Positions 12,407 to 23,524 of a stretch of 32,288 bases of DNA are shown one piece after another. The number at the start of each line of letters is the position of its first letter. Within the stretch, counting starts at the first letter, position 1. Both the position numbers and the translations under genes were made by a program. This stretch comes from Catajapyx aquilonaris (Eukaryota), in contig KZ539140.1 in assembly GCA_000934665.2 (NCBI GenBank), forward strand, positions 1 to 32,288. The letters are read 5' to 3'. Under the pieces are notes generated by a model, which was given only the letters and a program-made list of their open reading frames with translations, did not search any database and was not told where the DNA came from.

Positions 12407-12680
12407 TATTTTTTATTTACCCCGTGATAGAGCCAGTGGCTCTCTTAGGGGGGAAGGGGGTGGTTCCCTAGGGAGGGCGCTGAAATTTTTAGTCATTTCT
12501 GACTTATGAAAATACACCAGGCCTTTTCTACTGGCCCCGGGCAGATAGGGAGTGCAATTCTGCCCCAGCATGTCGGGTGAAAAGCGGAAAAAGACCCGGC
12601 CAATCAGAGGTGACGGGGACGGGATTTGAACCCCGGCCTCCCGCTTGGCTGGCCAACGGCGTAACCGTTAGACCACCCAT
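12348..12680 (-). mobile_element. tRNA-derived SINE, family D
   Basis: Head GGGTGGTCTAACGGTT...GGGTTCAAATCCC; (AAT)n tail; 11-bp TSD ATTATAGAGAT at 12337-12347 and 12681-12691. Confidence 0.88.
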
Positions 12681-13926
12681 ATTATAGAGATAATTAACAG
12701 ATTGATTTTAGTTGAAAACATCATAGTACTATCCAATCAAAATGCTTATAACCGTTTCTTAAAATAAATAGCTAATTCAAATTCTACCATTCCACTTCAT
12801 CTGGCCAGCCGTGGCCAACAGCCAGAACTCATTCTGATGGGCTCTTCGAAGTCCAATGACAATATGTAGTCATGTGTGTATGACTTTATGACTTCAAGAG
12901 AAAAAAAATTACATATCCAAAAAATAAACACCCACTCACTCAGGTGTGCCAGAGGTCACATAGTTGGCCTGTTGCACATGCCTGAAACTGGTTGATATGT
13001 GACTACTGACTCAGGCATTTGGGTCGTTCCAGAATGTCTTTGAGCACTCGCACCTTCTGTGGCCATTTCAAGCATGAATAGCGAATTCAAGAGTTTCAAG
13101 CTGATATTTTCACAACTCGGGGGAATATACTGTCACAACTCAACCATGACTCCAGTCTAGGAGTCATGGTCACTCTTTGAGATCGTTTCACAGTGTATGG
13201 AGGATTGGAATGTGAGAGAGAAGGCGCATTTGTAGGGTTTTAATAAATCAATACCAGTAAAATAACAATGGGCCCAACCATCCTAAAAATGACTTGTCAG
13301 GTTGTTGCAATAGGCCAGTACTTAATGCATAACAACTTTACTCTGTCTTCTCTCTCCTTACCCCACTCTCCAGCCCCAGTTGCAGTAGTCTGTGTAGGGT
13401 TGCCTATGATCGACCTCACTACCATGTGAGCAGCCTTGTGCTGGCCCAGCTTACCAGCTAAAATAATGAATTCAGGCCTCTGCTTTCTGTTGCAGTGAAG
13501 CCCCCGGCCACCCCTCTTCTTCAGGCTGCCTGGCCTTGCCTTATATCAGGCCAGCTTATCTCTGGGTGGGGACCAATGGCTAGGAATTGCATTTATGGTC
13601 ACCCTGGCTCATGAATACACCATAATGTGCCGTACAGTTGCCACATCGACCATCACCAACATCAACAAGGCGTTAGTGTATAACAGGCTAACTCAGTAAA
13701 TCACTGCACAGAAATACACAACAATATTTATTACTGAAGACTCAGGCCAACACCCAACACTGACTGATATGCAACGTTCTTCTTTTATTTGCTCTCCTCA
13801 ACTGGCCCTCTAATTGCTGAGGTAGCCCAGGGGGATGTGGACAGTGCCCAGCACATGGTTTCCAACTGTGACACCATGAAAATATATTGAAATACATAGT
13901 TTCACTTTTTCATCTAATATTATTAA

Positions 13927-14831
13927 CCCTCGGACGGTGACGTGGGCACTTTTTGTGACCAACGACACTTTTTTTGCTATAACTTGGAAAATTTAGGACA
14001 TTCAAGATTCATCCTTGAGAACATTTTCGTTTGACTATTTCTGTGATTAATGGCGTTTAGTTTAAATTTTTTGAGCAAATAGCACGACCAGGAAAAAATC
14101 AATTTGGCAGCAATGCGTAGTTGGGGGCCGACCAAGATCCGGTCGGGCGGCTCCCGGTGGCATCCCAGGCCGCCAAGGGGTGGAATCCCCTTACCCCCGG
14201 GAGTTGGGCCAGACTGATTTTCTTTCAGATTTTTTTTTCTGATCGCACTATTTGCTCAAAAAATGTAAACTAAACACTATTTGTCGTAGAAGGAATCACA
14301 CTATGAGGCACGTTACATGACGCCACTTCGAGGCGGTTCGGAAAGGTGCACAGCTTACAGAGCAGCATCTTGGGCATGTAACATGTGAAAATGCGCATCA
14401 ACTGAACTGAGCAGCCAGTCAGCCGCAGCCAGTTGAACAACCATTTACCTGTGCATCAAAAGGTTTGATGCGCACCACTCACCTTTTAGAGGATTACTAC
14501 TAACCTTATCGCTCGACCCTTCTTTTCTCCAACTCCAAAATTTCCCAAATTACTGGTTTTCGAAGTGGGTGGGGATCAGCAGCGAGAAGGGGTCAGGGGG
14601 ACTCCACTGCTTTCAGAGGCCAGACATGTAACACGTTGCCGAAGGGGCACCTTTCCGATTCGTATTGAAATAGAAGCGACGCGACTGTCCATGTAACGCA
14701 GCTCATTGATTGTCTCAAAGGTGAAGCCCAAATGTGCTATATTTCGCCAGATGTAACAAAAAATATGTCTTGGTCACAAAAAGTGCCCACGTCACCGGAG
14801 AGCGAACATTTTGCACGTCACCGTCCGAGGG
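13927..14831. mobile_element. Non-autonomous piggyBac element
   Basis: TTAA TSDs at 13923-13926 and 14832-14835; 18-bp TIR CCCTCGGACGGTGACGTG; asymmetric subterminal repeat (GGTCACAAAAAGTGCCCACGTCACCG) at the right end, typical of piggyBac; no transposase ORF. Confidence 0.9.
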
Positions 14832-16580
14832 TTAAGAACAACTACTAAAATTTATCAATGCACAGGGCAAAATCACTCCTGTGAGAGATTCTTCCCTACA
14901 TCATCCATATTGTACAGTGGGACTGTTCATGGGATGGGTTTCTCTCACACCATCCCTCACCACTAGGTACGAGTTACTAGATCGTAAGAGGGCTGATAAG
15001 AGTGAAGGACCCTGTTCCTCACAATGGCTCCTACCAGCCATAGCAAACATGACTGAAAGAAGCCAAAGTGTGGCGTCAGATTGATGATCATTTAGGTGAC
15101 CCTGAATGTTTTGCTTTCTGTCATGTCTTTAGCTGTATATTACTTTATATGGAATATCATGATACTGTTACATTGTGTGCCATAGCACTGCTTTTATAAA
15201 TAAAGGTTTAGTTTACAAATATGTTCCCAATCCAGTTTTACTTTGCTTACAGTGGTAATAGGAGCATTTGTAATAATTGGTGGGTGCCCAGTGCAACTTT
15301 TTGCTTCTACACACTTCTTTGCATGCCCTACATAATTTTATAGCAAGATATTTGGCACCTAGATGGAACCAGCTAATCCAGCAAAATGTACATAGCTCCT
15401 TGTGACATTCTCTGCAATGATGTAATGCAAAGTTACGAATGGCATCACATTTTGCTGTGGGTCAGCTGGGAGGGTGTATCAGTGGTGCTTTAATTCTGTA
15501 TTCAATCATATAAGTGCTGGCTACCCACCAAATCTTAATGCAATCTCCTACTTCCAACCAGAATGAAATAAGTTGGGGTGATAATTATGGACTTTGCAAA
15601 GACATCATGGCATGCATGTGATGCCAGGCACTTTGAGAATATATTATCATGTGCATGTCATGACAACTCTTATCTCTTTGCAAGGGGAGTATTGGCTGAA
15701 GTTATTGCATTTTGATTGGGGTACAGTACTGGGTGGTACTTGTACTAACAAGATGTGGTGGGTCATGCATGAATTGCAGTGATTTTTTCAGATTAGGCCA
15801 GGGTGGAAATGTCATCTTCGGAACCACTGGTATGCAAGGTCAGTGGTTGACTGGTTGAATCCATTTTCATGCAAACTACCATACCATACATACCAGTAAT
15901 CTTCAACTGGTATAGAATGGAATCCTGGTATCTGCCTGCCTGTCCCAGGGGTTCCATTGGGATATTGAGGGTAATGGTTGATTTATTAATCTGATAGAGC
16001 AAATTACCCTGCTGCAGTGATATTGTTTCAATGAATGGCACAATTTTATTTGCGGGTCCATGCCACTGTACTCGACTGCAATCGTGGCAATTCATGTAGT
16101 GATTGTAGTCACTGTAATTCAGGAAGCACTAGCATGAACTAGCCACTAGAACTGCATTGCAACAGTTATGTATGTACACATGTAACTGACAACAAAAAAA
16201 TCACACTTGGGCATAACCCCAAGGCCCTCCCCTTGCCAAGGTCCTCAACTACCAGTTTCACCTGAGCAAGGGTTGGAAGAATTTTTTCTATATTCTTATT
16301 GCCAATTTGAATTATATTGTAAGGAGTGACATCGGGAAGGGACAGGGAGGAGAAATGGTGGAATACTGTTCATTGTTCAGCCACTGCTCCTTGCACTGTT
16401 TTCTACTCAGGTCCGGACACTCTTCCCCATTTTGCATGCCGTTAGCTCATTTCCCCCATCGAGGGGGATCAGCCGTGTCAGCCATAATTTTCACCACAGA
16501 AAACTTGGTCTTCTGATAACTGTGAAACAATTGCACACTCGCAGTCAACTTCCTCGTGCGAATGTTGAGACTTGTAAATA

Positions 16581-16876
16581 CCGAAGCAGGTTGGTGTAGT
16601 GGAAATGGAGTCCGCCTGCTTATTGGGAGGTCCTGGGTTCGAATCCCGGGGCCGACGACCCTGACCGTGGTTTTCTGTGGTTTCCCACAGTCCCCCCAGG
16701 ACAATTCCGGGGTCGTTTCTGTAAAAATAGGCCACAGCCGCTACCTCCCGTCCCTATCCTTGGCCCCACCCATGTGTGAAGTAAGAGTCAGAAAAATCGA
16801 AGAAAACTGTTGATGGTATGCCACACTCCTAAAAGGGCTCTGCCCTATCACGGTGTAAAATAAATAAATAAATAAA
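16581..16876 (+). mobile_element. tRNA-derived SINE, family E, full length
   Basis: A-box TGGTGTAGTGG, B-box GGTTCGAATCC; central GGTTTTCTGTGGTTTCCC...CAGG...TAGGCCACAGCCGC domain; (AAAT)n tail; 16-bp TSD TTGAGACT(T/A)GTAAATA at 16565-16580 and 16877-16892. Confidence 0.88.
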
Positions 16877-17504
16877 TTGAGACTAGTAAATAATCATTTA
16901 TTGTAGGCTACATACTAGTAATCTAGTATTAATCAACCACTAATTTTTTAACGGCGGAAGCACCAATGGTTCCTAAACATGACATTACACTATTACAGTC
17001 ATGTGATTTATCATTCTGTAATGACACAGTTTGTCTAATTAAATCTTCCCTTGAAAGACAGTCTGAAAATGAGCATTTCCCTATACAAGGTATGGCGGTA
17101 TTTCAAATTAATGGACAATTCTTTTGGACAACCTTCTGTGCTCCCTCTTGTTACCTGCTCTGTCCCCCTGATCCAGTCCCCAGCCTCCTCTCAATCCTGA
17201 CTCCCTGCTGGAGGCTCCTGTGAATCATCATCCTGCTCTCCAGCATCACCTTCGTCATCTTAGCCAACAATATATTGCAGCATAGACAGGCGATGGTACT
17301 GCCGTACTGGCATTCTTCTATGTGTCGCTCCCAGCTAAAACTACTACAAAATGACTGGAGACAAAAGTGGCAACTGAACGGCATTTATCCATGGACCACA
17401 GCATGACGAGACAAATTACTGTAGCTCGAAAATTGTTGTGAGCAAGACTTGCAGGTGAAAGAGGTAGCTGACCTATCATGTGCAAACGTGCCAGAAATCC
17501 TAAA

Positions 17505-17715
17505 CGTGGTTTTCTGTGGTTTCCCACGGTCCCCCCAGGAGAATTCCTGGGTTGCATCCTAAATAATAGGCCACAGCCGCTTCCTTCCATCCCTATCCTA
17601 TCCCAAAAAGCAAAGTAAAAATGAAAGCAAAGCGTTCCAGTCAAAACAAAATTGGGATGAACTCCCCCCCTAAAGAGCCGCCGTGCCGGCTGATAACGGG
17701 GTATGAATTATTATT

Positions 17716-17751
<36 letters not shown>

Positions 17752-17763
17752 ATTATTATTATT
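17505..17763 (+). mobile_element. SINE family E, 5'-truncated copy
   Basis: Begins at CGTGGTTTTCTGTGGTTTCCCAC, matching ~16666 onward; lacks the tRNA head; (TTA)/(TTG)n tail. Confidence 0.8.
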
Positions 17764-17866
17764 AAATATTTGTGGGATAATTATTAACTGGAAAGGTCAT
17801 GCATTTCCTGATACCTTTCACACTTTTAGTAATAGTGACAAAAAGTTGCAGCTTGACAATTGAAGG

Positions 17867-18111
17867 GTTCGGGAGAAGAAGGTGATAACCCTCAAATGGG
17901 TCGTAATTAAGTTTTTAAATGCAATGATATCCTGCCCCCTGGAGCTTCCTTTGTGAAGGTTGTTTAGTTTCCTAAACAGACCAGAGAGGGAAGGACTGCA
18001 TGTCAAAGAGCAGTTGATACATGCAAGCAGTGCAGGTAAAAGGGAACAAGCCACATATTCCAAGATGGCGGAACTACTAATTTTGAGGGTTATCACCTTC
18101 TTCTCCCGAAC
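17867..18111. mobile_element. MITE with perfect 30-bp TIRs
   Basis: GTTCGGGAGAAGAAGGTGATAACCCTCAAA / TTTGAGGGTTATCACCTTCTTCTCCCGAAC; superfamily uncertain. Confidence 0.8.
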
Positions 18112-18345
18112 TAATGCCAATCTTTGCTTGGCTTGTGATGTAATCGAGAATAATTAATTACAAAAATTCTGGTTCAAGATAATTAATTGCTAGACTAGCA
18201 ATACCTAAAATCAGGAAGGCAAACGAGTGATCAATTATTTTGGAGGATCTTCTGCTATTGAGGAAAAATATTCATTCGAATAAAGGATGAATAATGAACT
18301 GAGCATGGGACGGCCAGAATAATTAATTTGCAAGGGAGGCTGTAC

Positions 18346-18414
18346 CATTCTTACATACCCCAACCACTACCACAACAATTTAATACACCCAGGAAATGCC
18401 GGGTGACCTGATAG
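18346..18414 (+). mobile_element. Helitron-like 3' end fragment, second copy
   Basis: Matches ~213-277; hairpin ACCCAGGAAATGCCGGGT followed by a degenerate terminus (ATAG|T). Confidence 0.5.
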
Positions 18415-19052
18415 TATTCGCTAAAAATAATATTCTACTAACAGAAAACAATAGCATGATTTGCAATTAAATTACTATGCATCTTGTTTGATGAACTGTG
18501 CCTAATAAAGTGATGCATTGCAGATGGCAGATCCATATGATACGAGGGACGTTCCGAAAATAAGTCAATTGCCAGTCGCATGCAGACAGGCTAATTTCGA
18601 ACACTGATGGAAAACACTTCCACATAATGCATTTGAATCAGATAATGCCAGTATTGTTAGCCAACCTGTTGAGGAGCAGTGAATGAAAGTTTGTCCTGTA
18701 AGAACTTCTCAAGATTTTTTTATTCTGAATATACAGACGGACAGAGGAAGTTTGTGTCTGTGTGGCACCAATACTATGCAACCCGAACAATGTTTATTAT
18801 TGTGAGAGAATTCCACAATCTCACTTACCCCATATCATGGGGCAAGTGCGCAGCCGCACCATGTGCATATTGTAATCATTTTCCGGAGCACCGACATAGA
18901 TGAATGCTATGCAATAGGCCACTTTGAAAGCCAATAAGAATAAGGTATAAGGTATATATTGTCCATTACATTTTTTCTCACTTGCTAATTACTGAGGAAG
19001 TAGCATATGCCTTTAAACTGCACCTAATCAAAATCCAGCCGCCCTTACTCGA

Positions 19053-19111
19053 TTGTTGTTGTTGTTGTTGTTGTTGCTGTTGCTGCTGCTGCTATTGTTA
19101 TTATTATAATA
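19053..19111. repeat. Compound trinucleotide microsatellite (TTG/CTG/TTA)
   Basis: Direct reading; source of the poly-Cys run in ORF 18982-19173. Confidence 0.9.
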
Positions 19112-19542
19112 ATATGATTGTGGTTGGTCCTATTCCATCTCATTTCAGCCACCGAATGCCAGCAGAATGCTAGTTTTACAGTTTCTCAACCAATACATAT
19201 GGTCTATGGACGTGTCAGTCTAATAATATTATGTAACTATGGGCTTTTTATCCCCTGGTAATCTGAAGCAAACGGTACGGGATACATGGTATGTTTGACC
19301 CCTTCCCCTGCCAAGAAAACTAACCGACAAGTTTTATTCATTATCATCGAATCCAATTACATGTGATGAGATTTTTTTTTAAATTCTGCAAATTCGCTCA
19401 GTATGCTCATCATTAGCTTGGCGTGTCAAAATATCGCAAGCCGACAATGCCTGAAAGTTGATGGGTGGCATGGTCTATGGTCACTATCTGCGCGCAAATT
19501 TCCGACGGTTCAAATATTCGCAAACGGCTCAGAAAATACAGG

Positions 19543-19592
19543 TTATTATTATTATATTATTATTATTATAATTATTATTATTATTATTATTA

Positions 19593-19634
<42 letters not shown>

Positions 19635-19900
19635 ATTATAATAATGGATACCCCGTGATAGGCCCCTTGGGCCTCTTAGGGGATCATCTTTTAAATACCG
19701 ACTTTAATCATTTGCCTGAAATGTGATGGATTTTGATAGCGGGAGGAAACGGGAGAGCCCCGAGAAAACCCACGCGAACACGGAGAGAACCCATCGAAAC
19801 TCTATCCACATAAGTATCCTCCGTCCGACCCGGGGATCGAACTCGGGACCTTAGAGGGGGAAGGCTGTGGCGCTAACCACTCGGCCACCGTGTCGCCCTT
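19543..19900 (-). mobile_element. SINE family B, copy 2
   Basis: Nearly identical to 4646-4972; long TTA/TAA microsatellite tail; its head abuts the tail of the family C copy. Confidence 0.9.
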
Positions 19901-19921
19901 TATTATTATTATAATTATAAT

Positions 19922-19953
<32 letters not shown>

Positions 19954-20301
19954 TTTGTTATTTTTTTTGCATTACCCCACGGGGGGAGTTACGTACTCCT
20001 TAGGGGGGGGTGGATTACCACCATTGGGGTTTTAGTTGGAGCGAGTTAAGATAGAATCTTATTAGTGTACTCCAAGGGTGGGTGGGAGGGGATGTGCAAA
20101 GTGCAAGTGCAATATAATGTCTCTAATCGTCATTTTGTGAACTCCCCCGGGTGGCTTAGTCTGTCGGAAATTGCCACCCGAAATGAAGCCAGAGATGGCC
20201 CAACTCTGCACGGATAAAGGTGGGAACCCCGGGTGGGGATTGAACCCGGGACCTTCATATCCGTGGGCGCACGCGTTACCGCAACGCCACTTCATCTCCC
20301 C
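19901..20301 (-). mobile_element. tRNA-derived SINE, family C, copy 1
   Basis: Head GGGGAGATGAAGTGGCGTTGCGGTAACG...GGGTTCAATCCC; body homologous to 20502-20849; (AAAT/AAT)n tail. Confidence 0.85.
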
Positions 20302-20390
20302 ATTATTATTATTATTATTATAAATAAATAAATAAATAAAGATATCTCAAACCTCACTTGTGGCTAATTGAAGTCAACATATGGCCATCA

Positions 20391-21013
20391 GGGTGGCACG
20401 GTGGTGTAGTGGTTAGCGCCACAGCCTTCCACCTCTAAGGTCCCGAGTTCGATCCCCAGATCGGGCAGAGGATGCTTATGTGGATCGTGTTTTGATGGGT
20501 TGGGGAGGCGGAGTGGTGCTGCGGTAACGTATGCGCCCACGGATGTTAAGGTCCCGGGTTCGATCCCAACCCGGGGACACCCCCTTCATCTCGTGCAGAG
20601 TTCAGGGTCACCTCTGGCTTCGTCTCGGGTGGTATTTCCATAGACTAAACCACCCGGGGGAGTTCACTAAAAATGGCCACGTTTAAGACATTGCACTGCA
20701 CCTTGCACATCCCCTCCTGTCATTCTGCCCGTGGACCCGGGCGCTATACGTAATAAGACTCAAATGTACTTGACATAATAAATAAAGGTCCGTGCTGCAT
20801 ACCTCAGATGAGGTCAAGCACTACCCCAGATTATTTAAAAAAAAAAAAAGTTTTGATGGGTTCTCTCCGTTTTCGCATGGGTTTTCTCGGGGTTCTCCCA
20901 TTTCCTCCCACTATCAAAATCAATCACAGCTAAGGCAATGATTAAAGTCGGTCAATTAAAAGATGATCCCCTAAAAAGCCCCAGAAGGCTTATCATGGAG
21001 GATCCATTATCAC
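20391..21013 (+). mobile_element. SINE family B, copy 3, interrupted by a nested family C SINE
   Basis: B head at 20391-20501 and B body/tail resuming at 20863-21010; TSD ATGGCCATCA at 20381-20390 and 21014-21023. Confidence 0.88.
20502..20849 (+). mobile_element. SINE family C, copy 2 (nested in B copy 3)
   Basis: A/B boxes, poly(A) tail; 13-bp TSD GTTTTGATGGGTT at 20489-20501 and 20850-20862, derived from the host SINE. Confidence 0.9.
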
Positions 21014-21064
21014 ATGGCCATCAAAAGTAATGGCAACAGGTTATTGAAGATGTGGCTGTGTGGA

Positions 21065-21222
21065 ATGGTACTATCGGGTTCAAATACTTTTGGTCACTTT
21101 ATCCTGGTCTTGAAGCAACCCTTCACACACACACACACACCTCCTTAACGTGGGGTCAGCTTGAAGGGTTGCTTCAAGACCAGGATAAAGTGGCCAAAAG
21201 TATTTGAACCCGATAGTACCAT
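21065..21222. mobile_element. Short MITE with 61-bp TIRs and (CA)n-containing spacer
   Basis: 21065-21125 is the reverse complement of 21162-21222 with one mismatch. Confidence 0.85.
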
Positions 21223-22117
21223 ACCATTGATTCACTTGAGTCTTTTGGTAAGTTGCAAAATCTGGTAACATCAAGTGACTGTATGAACGTACCATTAAAA
21301 AATAAAAAGATTAGAGGAATATAACTAACAGGAGCAACCAGTCTTACGGGAGCAACTGGCATGGTCAGGGGTCGTCATGGAAAAAAATTTATTGCATGTA
21401 ATGATGTGAGAAGTTTGTTGCAATGCAATGTGGCGATTATAATTTCATTGCTCTATTTGCCTTTTTTCCAAACTGAAACATTGAACTCATGAGGATTTGT
21501 GGACATGGGCAATGGACTAGTATAAAGAACTAACTTGGCTGCCAGAAATACAAGAAGAACCATAGTTTTATTTTACACTTTGTAGGTCAATAATATTTTG
21601 TCTCACACCACTTGCAGTGGAAATGGTGAGAATTACACTTCGGGCCTAATACCCAGGTTCACTATTGCACGTACACAGTAGGTGGCAATTAGGTCCACAA
21701 GTAGTAATGCCTATATCTTTCAAACAACATTAAAATAACAACATTCATAGTCACAAATCATTACATCTTTATGGAAGTATGAACTTTGAAGAACTATACC
21801 GAAAGTTATAGACAGCTGTGTGTTCCCCATGGCTCTTCCTCTAAGAATAACAAACCAAGGGGAAAGATCTATAGCTTTGTCTACAGTACAGTATGATACC
21901 AGATATCGGTATCTATAATACTCATAACTTTCTGACTGAGTTTGAGAGAATGCTCACATCCTTCCCAATCCCAAGTTATTTCTTAGCACCAGACGTCTGG
22001 CTTCTGTACCTGCAGCTGCACGATTATTTTTGAAGGCACTCCAGATTTTGACAAGTTGTTACTCTCAGCACTCAGCAGTATCAAAAACATTCAAGAAATA
22101 CCATGTGTCATGAGATC

Positions 22118-22509
22118 TAGTGACATCGGCAGGGGTAGGTGGGGGGGGGGGGNNNNNNNNNNNNNNNNNNNNNNNNNNNNNNNNNNNNNNNNNNNNNNNN
22201 NNNNNNNNNNNNNNNNNNNNNNNNNNNNNNNNNNNNNNNNNNNNNNNNNNNNNNNNNNNNNNNNNCCCCCCCCCAAAAAAAAAACGGGTCGTAAAATTAG
22301 CAAAAACTGCTGATTACTTAACTTTCACTGGTACAATCTTGAAACTTTTTACGCCCATATGTTGCCACGGGTCAGCTACATACGCAAACGTGCAATTAAT
22401 ACCCAATGACATTAAAATACATTATTGCTGGACATATTTGTGCTACACTCCCCAAAAATGGACTAAGCCTCTTTTGACCCCTCATATAAATTTTCTGCCT
22501 ACACCACTG
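22118..22509. mobile_element. hAT-type MITE spanning an assembly gap
   Basis: Right end CTGCCTACACCACTG; degenerate left end TAGTGACATCGGCAG; decayed 8-bp TSD (ATGAGATC/CTGAGATA); G/C runs flank the N-gap 22153-22265. Confidence 0.6.
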
Positions 22510-23169
22510 CTGAGATATATTATTAAATTTTCAATTTGAACTTTGCAATTCATTACTTCCATGGAGCTGCATAAGGGCCAAATTCATCACAACAGCTCAA
22601 ACACCAAGCAACCCAACACATTTCAGCCAAAGCAAGCACTTGCTCCAGCCTGCCTTAGTACTGGCACATCTTTCAATATATTAAGAATATCAGTGATTTT
22701 ATATTTGCATGGGAAATGTGGTCCCAAGTATCTAGATTCTAGAGCCTCAATGTGGCTACCACTTCAGCAGAGCACCTGCAATGGTTTGGTTTACTTACTC
22801 CTCAAGACCAGGAAGCAGTCACTCGTCACTTAGGTGCAGCATTCCGTAGTTGGTGGAACTGACCCCTACTACCGCCAACAACACATTAAGCTGAGTAGTA
22901 AATCAAGAGATGCGAGAGGCTCTGCCTTAACAGTAATTCTTGCAAGGTGATTATTTATTGAACCCATCTTCCAGTTTGGAATGTAGCAAACCACAGACAC
23001 AAGCATGGTACGAATGTTCTGTAACGAACATGACAAGGTGGCCAATTGTTTTAGCTGTATGCATGGAAATGAATAAAACATGCAGGACAGAAACTTGATG
23101 CACAAACTGACTGAACAAGCACCAAAGATTTTGTGCTAATAAGTATATACTTGGTATATACATGACCAC

Positions 23170-23524
23170 GGGGGAGGTGTGGTGGCCGTGATGGTAACGT
23201 CACGGCTTGCTGAGTGAAAGGCCCTAGGTTCGATCCCCGCCTGGGGAACTTTCCTTTCACCTGCGTCGGGAGGGTCTCTGACCTGCACCAAGGAGGTGTC
23301 TGGCAACCTAACCTCCTGGGGGACTGCACATGGCCCAAAAGCCATAGGACAATGCACCTGCACAAAGTGTCCCCTCCCCAACAATCCCTTTCCCTACCCT
23401 ACATCCTAGTATTCCTTGCACGGAGATGAAGTTAAAATAGAAAAACTGTATGGTGGTCTGCCACCTCCCCTAAACGAGCCGAAGGCTCGAGCACGGGGTA
23501 TCAATAAAAAATAATAATAATAAA
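23170..23524 (+). mobile_element. tRNA-derived SINE, family A, copy 2
   Basis: Same head as the copy at 1090; 14-bp TSD ATATACATGACCAC at 23156-23169 and 23525-23538. Confidence 0.92.

Noticed and set aside
12935..13101. Minus-strand exon-like segment ending at GTGAGT
   Set aside because: Stops in all frames and no phase link to the neighbouring models.
14961..15101. Open 47-codon minus-strand segment with CAG| and |GTGAGG borders
   Set aside because: Could follow the GTTAGT donor at 15749 in phase 0, but it conflicts with the Cys-rich exon phases and has no downstream partner; left out as unresolved.
15594..15683. Hairpin just after the putative stop of the unknown gene, containing ATGA and TGA, considered as a SECIS
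   Set aside because: The arms pair in Watson-Crick register, so the two GA dinucleotides do not oppose each other as the tandem G.A core requires; no canonical SECIS by eye.
17621..19726. Poly-Leu, poly-Cys and poly-Ile ORFs
   Set aside because: Translations of microsatellite SINE tails and simple repeats.
22141..22274. G-run / N-gap / C-run (also 31680-31770)
   Set aside because: Assembly gaps at homopolymers, the first inside a hAT-type MITE; ORFs crossing them are meaningless.
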